Source: Blattabacterium cuenoti (GTDB taxonomy: Bacteria; Bacteroidota; Bacteroidia; Flavobacteriales; Blattabacteriaceae). From it: a stretch of 32,000 nucleotides of DNA. Where the stretch lies: contig CP059204.1 of assembly GCA_014251975.1 (NCBI GenBank), forward strand, positions 120,001 through 152,000. Reading direction: 5' to 3'. The notes below the pieces were generated by a model that ran no database searches, was not told the DNA's origin, and saw nothing but the letters and a program-made list of their open reading frames with translations. Position 1 is the stretch's first letter. Each line of letters opens with the position of its first letter. Below, piece after piece: positions 27,857-32,000 of the stretch. Both the position numbers and the translations under genes were made by a program.

Positions 27857-28432
27857 TTAATTTTTTTTTGGGGCTAAAATCATATACATTCTTTTACCTT
27901 CCATTACAGGCATTTGTTCTACTTTACCATATTTTTCAATTTCCTCTGCAAATTTTAATAATTTAATTTTTCCTTGTTCTTTATATACTATTGAACGTCC
28001 TTTAAAAAAAACAAATATTTTTACTTTATCTCCTCGAATTAAAAATTTTTCAGCACTTTTCATTTTTACTTTACCATCATGATCTCCAATTTGAGGACCA
28101 AATCTAATCTCTTTGGTACTTACTTTAACTTGTTTTGCTTTAAATTTTTTTTTTCTTTTTTTTTGTTCATATAAAAATTTTTTATAATCTAATATTTTAC
28201 AAACTGGAGGAACTAATTTAGGATTAATTTCTACTAAATCTAATCTTCTTTTTTCAGCTACAATAATAATTTCTTTAGTAGAATAAATTCCATTTTTTAT
28301 TAAATAATCTCCTACTAAACGAATATCTTTAGCTATTATTCTTCCATTAATACGATACTGTTCTTTTACTTTTTGTATCGGACGGTATATTCTTCTTCTT
28401 TTATTTCCTCTAGAAAATCTTTTTTTTATAAT
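27857..28432 (-). CDS. infC: Translation initiation factor IF-3, probable ATT (or ATA) start
   Basis: The ORF track shows only the last 68 aa, from an internal Met. Reading the same frame upstream by hand gives ..[83 protein letters not shown].., a full-length IF-3. The frame is closed by TAA at 28453-28451. Between that stop and the conserved region there is no ATG, GTG or TTG. The only candidates are ATA 28441, ATT 28432 and ATA 28429. Confidence 0.85.
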   Translation of the reverse strand: MIKKRFSRGNKRRRIYRPIQKVKEQYRINGRIIAKDIRLVGDYLIKNGIYSTKEIIIVAEKRRLDLVEINPKLVPPVCKILDYKKFLYEQKKRKKKFKAKQVKVSTKEIRFGPQIGDHDGKVKMKSAEKFLIRGDKVKIFVFFKGRSIVYKEQGKIKLLKFAEEIEKYGKVEQMPVMEGKRMYMILAPKKN

Positions 28433-28442
28433 ATTATATATT

Positions 28443-29681
28443 TTAAAATTTTATTTTTTTTACTATTGTTTCTATACCATTTAATATAGAATATTTACCT
28501 ATATCCCCTATTCTATGCCTACGTAATGATATAGTATTAGTTTCTTCTTCTTTGCTACCCAGTAGTATCATATAAGGTATTTTGTTATATTCAGAATCTC
28601 TTATTTTTTTCCCTATTTTTTCGTTTCTATTATCAATCAACACTCTAATATTTCTGTCTAACATTAAATTTAAAATTTTTTTTGCATAAGATGTATATTT
28701 TTTACTTATTGGTAGAATTATAGCTTGATTAGGTGTAATCCATAATGGTAAATTACCTCTTGTATTCTCTATCATTATTGCAATTATACGCTCTATAGAC
28801 CCAAAAGGAGCTCTATGTATCATTACAGGTCTACATTTTTCATTTTTTTTATTTTTATAATATAAATTAAATCTTTCAGGCATATTATAATCTATTTGTA
28901 TAGTACCAAGTTGCCATTTTCTTTCTAAAGAATCTTTAATTAGAAAATCTAACTTAGGGCCATAAAATGCAGCTTCTCCATAATTTATAGTTGCTTTTAT
29001 ATTTTCTTCTTTTACAGATTGTAATATTGCTTTTTCTGCTTTTATCCAATTTATTTTAGATCCTATATAATTATCAACTTTTTTTGGATTTCTAAGAGAA
29101 ATTCTAACATAATATTTTAAAAATCCTAAATATTTAAATACATAAATAACTAAATTTAATACTTTTTTAAATTCTTCAATTAGTTGATCAACTGTACAAA
29201 AAATATGAGCATCGTCCTGGGTAAAACCTCTAACTCTAGTTAATCCATTTAATTCTCCACTTTGTTCATATCTATATACAGTTCCAAATTCTGAAAAACG
29301 TTTAGGAAGATCCTTATATGACCATTCTTGAGAACGATAAATCTCACAATGGTGTGGACAATTCATGGGTTTTAAAATAAATTCCTCGTCTTTTTTTGGA
29401 GTTCTAATAGGTTTAAAACTTTCTTTTCCATATTTACTCCAATGTCCACTTTTTATATATAATTTTTTGTGCCCAATATGAGGAGTTATTACCATTTCAT
29501 ATCCTGATTTTTTTTGTATATCAATAAGAAATTCCTCTAATTTATTTCTAATAATCATTCCTTTAGGTAACCATAAAGGCAATCCAGCTCCCACTTGCTC
29601 GGAAAACATGAAAAATTTTAATCTTTCCCCAATTCTTCTATGATCTATATCTTGATCATTCCAAAATAATGACTTATCCAT
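28443..29681 (-). CDS. thrS: Threonyl-tRNA synthetase, catalytic plus anticodon-binding domains only (N-terminal TGS and editing domains absent)
   Basis: 412-aa ORF starting MDKSLFWNDQDIDHRRIGERLKFF. It is colinear with E. coli ThrRS from about residue 243 to the C-terminus. Zn-ligand contexts are conserved (KPMNCPHH, QDDAHIFC, VMIHRAPFGS), and the anticodon-binding domain is present (RNEKIGKKIRDSEYNKIPYMILLG). Confidence 0.9.
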   Translation of the reverse strand: MDKSLFWNDQDIDHRRIGERLKFFMFSEQVGAGLPLWLPKGMIIRNKLEEFLIDIQKKSGYEMVITPHIGHKKLYIKSGHWSKYGKESFKPIRTPKKDEEFILKPMNCPHHCEIYRSQEWSYKDLPKRFSEFGTVYRYEQSGELNGLTRVRGFTQDDAHIFCTVDQLIEEFKKVLNLVIYVFKYLGFLKYYVRISLRNPKKVDNYIGSKINWIKAEKAILQSVKEENIKATINYGEAAFYGPKLDFLIKDSLERKWQLGTIQIDYNMPERFNLYYKNKKNEKCRPVMIHRAPFGSIERIIAIMIENTRGNLPLWITPNQAIILPISKKYTSYAKKILNLMLDRNIRVLIDNRNEKIGKKIRDSEYNKIPYMILLGSKEEETNTISLRRHRIGDIGKYSILNGIETIVKKIKF

Positions 29682-29703
29682 GAAAAAACAAGTTTTTTAT
29701 TTT

Positions 29704-30462
29704 TTAATTTAATAAAAAAATATATAAACTTGTTGCTAAAATACTACCAGTTAAAGGACCTAATACAGGAATCCAAGAATAATCCCAATCACTACTACCT
29801 TTACCATGTATTGGTAGAATAGAATGTATAATTCTAGGACCTAAATCTCTAGCTGGATTAATAGCTGGGCCAGTAGAACCTCCCAAAGATAATATCACAC
29901 CTAATATTATTAAAGAACTAGGTAATGCACCTAAAGTCCCCAATCCTATAGTATATTCTATTTCTTGAAAATGTATTACACCTTCTATAGTTACATATAA
30001 AGATATAAAAATAAAAGTAAAAGTAGACAATACTTCACTAAAAAAATTATGTAATTTATTTTTTATAGAAGGTGAAGTAGAAAAGATAGATAGTTTAATT
30101 TGTTTACTATCTGTTTCATGAAAATAATCTTTATACAATAACCATACCATGATAGATCCTAACATAGATCCTAAAAATTGAGAAGTAATATAAAAAGGGA
30201 CTATATTCCAAGGAATTTTACCAATCATAGCATAACTTATAGTAACACATGGATTTAAATGTGCACCACTATAAGGATAAGCTACTAAAACTCCCATAAA
30301 TACGGCTAATGCCCAACCAAAGCTAATAGTTAACCACCCTATACTTGTATCATTATTTTTATTACTACATTTTGTTTTAGACAAAAGTACATTTGCTACC
30401 ACACTATTTCCTAAAAATACTAAAATAGTTGTTCCTAAAAATTCTGCATATATTTGTTTCAT
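29704..30462 (-). CDS. glpF: MIP-family glycerol uptake facilitator (aquaglyceroporin)
   Basis: 252-aa ORF with six hydrophobic segments. The first half-helix motif is SGAHLNPCVT (NPC rather than NPA), and the second is GPAINPARDLGPR. Confidence 0.9.
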   Translation of the reverse strand: MKQIYAEFLGTTILVFLGNSVVANVLLSKTKCSNKNNDTSIGWLTISFGWALAVFMGVLVAYPYSGAHLNPCVTISYAMIGKIPWNIVPFYITSQFLGSMLGSIMVWLLYKDYFHETDSKQIKLSIFSTSPSIKNKLHNFFSEVLSTFTFIFISLYVTIEGVIHFQEIEYTIGLGTLGALPSSLIILGVILSLGGSTGPAINPARDLGPRIIHSILPIHGKGSSDWDYSWIPVLGPLTGSILATSLYIFLLN

Positions 30463-30497
30463 TTTGTTTTTTTTATATTTATGTATATATATATTTA

Positions 30498-31988
30498 TTA
30501 TTTAGACCAATAACGAGTTATTTTTATAGCTTTTTCCCATCCTTTTATCATTTTTTTTCTATTAACTATTTTTTTAGGTGTAAAAACAATTTTTTTTAAT
30601 TTCCATTTATTTTTAATTTCTTCCAAACTATTCCAATAATTAACTGCTAATCCTGATAAATATGCTGCACCAGCAGCTGTTAATTCAGAAATTTTAGGTT
30701 TAACTACTTGAACATTTAAAATATCTGATTGAAATTGCATTAATAATTTATTAACAGTAGCGCCACCATCTACTCTTAATTCTTTTATTGATATTCCAGA
30801 ATCTGCTTCCATAGCTTTAAGAACATCCATATTTTGAAATGCAATGCTTTCTAGAGCAGCTCTAGCAAAATGAGAGGATGTAGTACCTCTTGTTATCCCA
30901 ACAATTATTCCTCTTGCTTTTTGGTCCCAATAAGGTGCTCCTAATCCAGAAAAAGCTGGTACTATATATAAGCCCTCAGTATCAATAACTGTATTAGCTA
31001 ATGTCTCTGCAGCATTAGCAGATTGAATAATTTCTAAACCATCTCTTAACCATTGTATAACTGCTCCAGCAATAAATACACTACCTTCTAATGCATATTG
31101 AATTTTATCTTTTATTTTCCACGCTACAGTAGTAATTAAATTATTTCTAGAAGAAACTGGATGGTCTCCAACGTTCATCAACATAAAACACCCCGTACCG
31201 TAAGTATTTTTTACCATTCCTACTTTAGTACACATTTGACCAAAAAGTGCTGCCTGTTGATCGCCTGCAATACCAGATATTGGTATTTTATTAGATAATA
31301 TTTTACCAGTAGTATATCCAAATATTTCACTAGATGATTTTACTTCTGGTAGCATTGTCGTTGGTATATCAAATAATTTTATTAATTCATTATCCCAATC
31401 TAAAGTATTAATATTAAACAGCATAGTTCTAGAAGCATTAGTAACATCTGTTACATGTATTTTTTTACCTGTTAAATTCCATATTAACCATGAATCTATA
31501 GTACCGAAGGCTAAACTACCTGAATAAGCTTTTTTTCTAGCTCCTGGTATATTATCTAAGATCCATTTAATTTTAGTGGCAGAAAAATATGGATCTATTA
31601 TTAATCCAGTTTTTTTTCTAATCATACTAGTCAATCCTTCTTTTTTTATTTTATCACAAAATTTAGTAGTTCTTCTATCTTGCCATACAATAGCATTAAA
31701 TATAGGTATACCAGTTTTTTTGTCCCATATTACAGTAGTTTCTCTTTGATTAGTAATTCCTATAGAAATAATATTATCACCTTCTAAATTAGCTTTACAA
31801 ATTACTTCTAAAGCAACTGATGCTTGTGTAGACCATATTTCTTCAGCATTATGTTCTACCCAACCAGGATAAGGATATATTTGGGTAAACTCTCTTTGAG
31901 ATACAGAAATTATATTTCCAATTTTATCAAAAAGTATAGCTCTAGAACTAGTAGTCCCTTGATCTAATGACAGAACATATTTTTTCAT
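30498..31988 (-). CDS. glpK: Glycerol kinase
   Basis: 496-aa ORF with [35 protein letters not shown] and VDGGAT, colinear with E. coli GlpK. Confidence 0.95.
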   Translation of the reverse strand: MKKYVLSLDQGTTSSRAILFDKIGNIISVSQREFTQIYPYPGWVEHNAEEIWSTQASVALEVICKANLEGDNIISIGITNQRETTVIWDKKTGIPIFNAIVWQDRRTTKFCDKIKKEGLTSMIRKKTGLIIDPYFSATKIKWILDNIPGARKKAYSGSLAFGTIDSWLIWNLTGKKIHVTDVTNASRTMLFNINTLDWDNELIKLFDIPTTMLPEVKSSSEIFGYTTGKILSNKIPISGIAGDQQAALFGQMCTKVGMVKNTYGTGCFMLMNVGDHPVSSRNNLITTVAWKIKDKIQYALEGSVFIAGAVIQWLRDGLEIIQSANAAETLANTVIDTEGLYIVPAFSGLGAPYWDQKARGIIVGITRGTTSSHFARAALESIAFQNMDVLKAMEADSGISIKELRVDGGATVNKLLMQFQSDILNVQVVKPKISELTAAGAAYLSGLAVNYWNSLEEIKNKWKLKKIVFTPKKIVNRKKMIKGWEKAIKITRYWSK

Positions 31989-32000
31989 AACAAATAAATT

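Noticed and set aside
27857-28063. A 68-aa ORF listed as a stand-alone small protein, followed by an apparent roughly 380-bp non-coding gap (28064-28442).
   Set aside because: The gap is not empty. The same frame stays open upstream and encodes the IF-3 N-domain and linker. The ORF finder simply required ATG, GTG or TTG, so this is merged into infC.
29580-29761. When I hand-translated the printed lines 29581-29760, they seemed shifted by 1 nt relative to the supplied ORF coordinates. There was an apparent extra C at about 29580 and a missing C at about 29760. That would frameshift the thrS 5' end and the glpF 3' end.
   Set aside because: The supplied ORF track, computed from the same window, reads through both sites with continuous, homologous protein sequence. 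The two discrepancies cancel exactly at line boundaries. I attribute this to my own character-level reading and use the track coordinates. Features in 29580-29760 may be off by 1 nt in my motif positions.
1-32000. The possibility of a recoded genome (TGA = Trp, code 4), as in some tiny symbionts.
   Set aside because: TGA ends purA (512-514), purE (6276-6278) and the COG1579 gene (21843-21845) at positions that match the normal protein ends. All conserved Trp positions I checked are TGG.
1-32000. A search for a novel system: defence island, toxin-antitoxin, secretion or biosynthetic cluster, orphan multi-gene module.
   Set aside because: Every ORF above about 100 aa outside shadow frames has a clear housekeeping assignment. 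There are no unexplained gaps over 100 bp and no obvious repeats. I see no compositional break. Claiming a new system here would not be supported.

Overview
This is a very AT-rich, almost gap-free window. It holds 30 CDS, most spacers are under 100 bp, and several genes overlap, which fits a reduced-genome insect endosymbiont. Several signatures point to Flavobacteriia, most plausibly a Blattabacterium-like symbiont: AccD lacks the Cys4 finger, the AddA-like helicase starts with a flavobacterial-type N-terminus (YNSSAGSGKT), PurL is single-chain, and no Shine-Dalgarno motifs are present. That placement is inference, with no database check. The genetic code is standard: TGA is a stop in purA, purE and the COG1579 gene, and Trp is TGG.

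The 5' half is one same-strand purine block: purA (partial), purB, purL, purE, purC, purF, purM, purN, purH, purD, guaA. Next come accD, fbaA, an AddA/UvrD-like helicase, lipA, a nif3-COG1579 pair, a thioredoxin-like gene, an nrnA-like DHH gene, cca, tsaC, dapD, ruvX and def. The window ends with a same-strand run glpK-glpF-thrS-infC-rpmI-rplT.

I found no rRNA, tRNA, mobile element, CRISPR array or repeat array, and no evidence for a defence island or a novel multi-gene system. This is ordinary core endosymbiont genome. The items worth a second look are gene-level signs of reductive evolution:
- ThrRS lacks its N-terminal TGS and editing domains.
- A COG1579 protein has lost all four zinc-ribbon cysteines.
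- The AddA-like helicase has no nuclease domain.
- purE looks class I but has no adjacent purK.
- infC has no canonical start codon (probably ATT).
- In-frame poly(A) tracts reach 11-13 nt.
- Four convergent gene pairs have no room for terminators.
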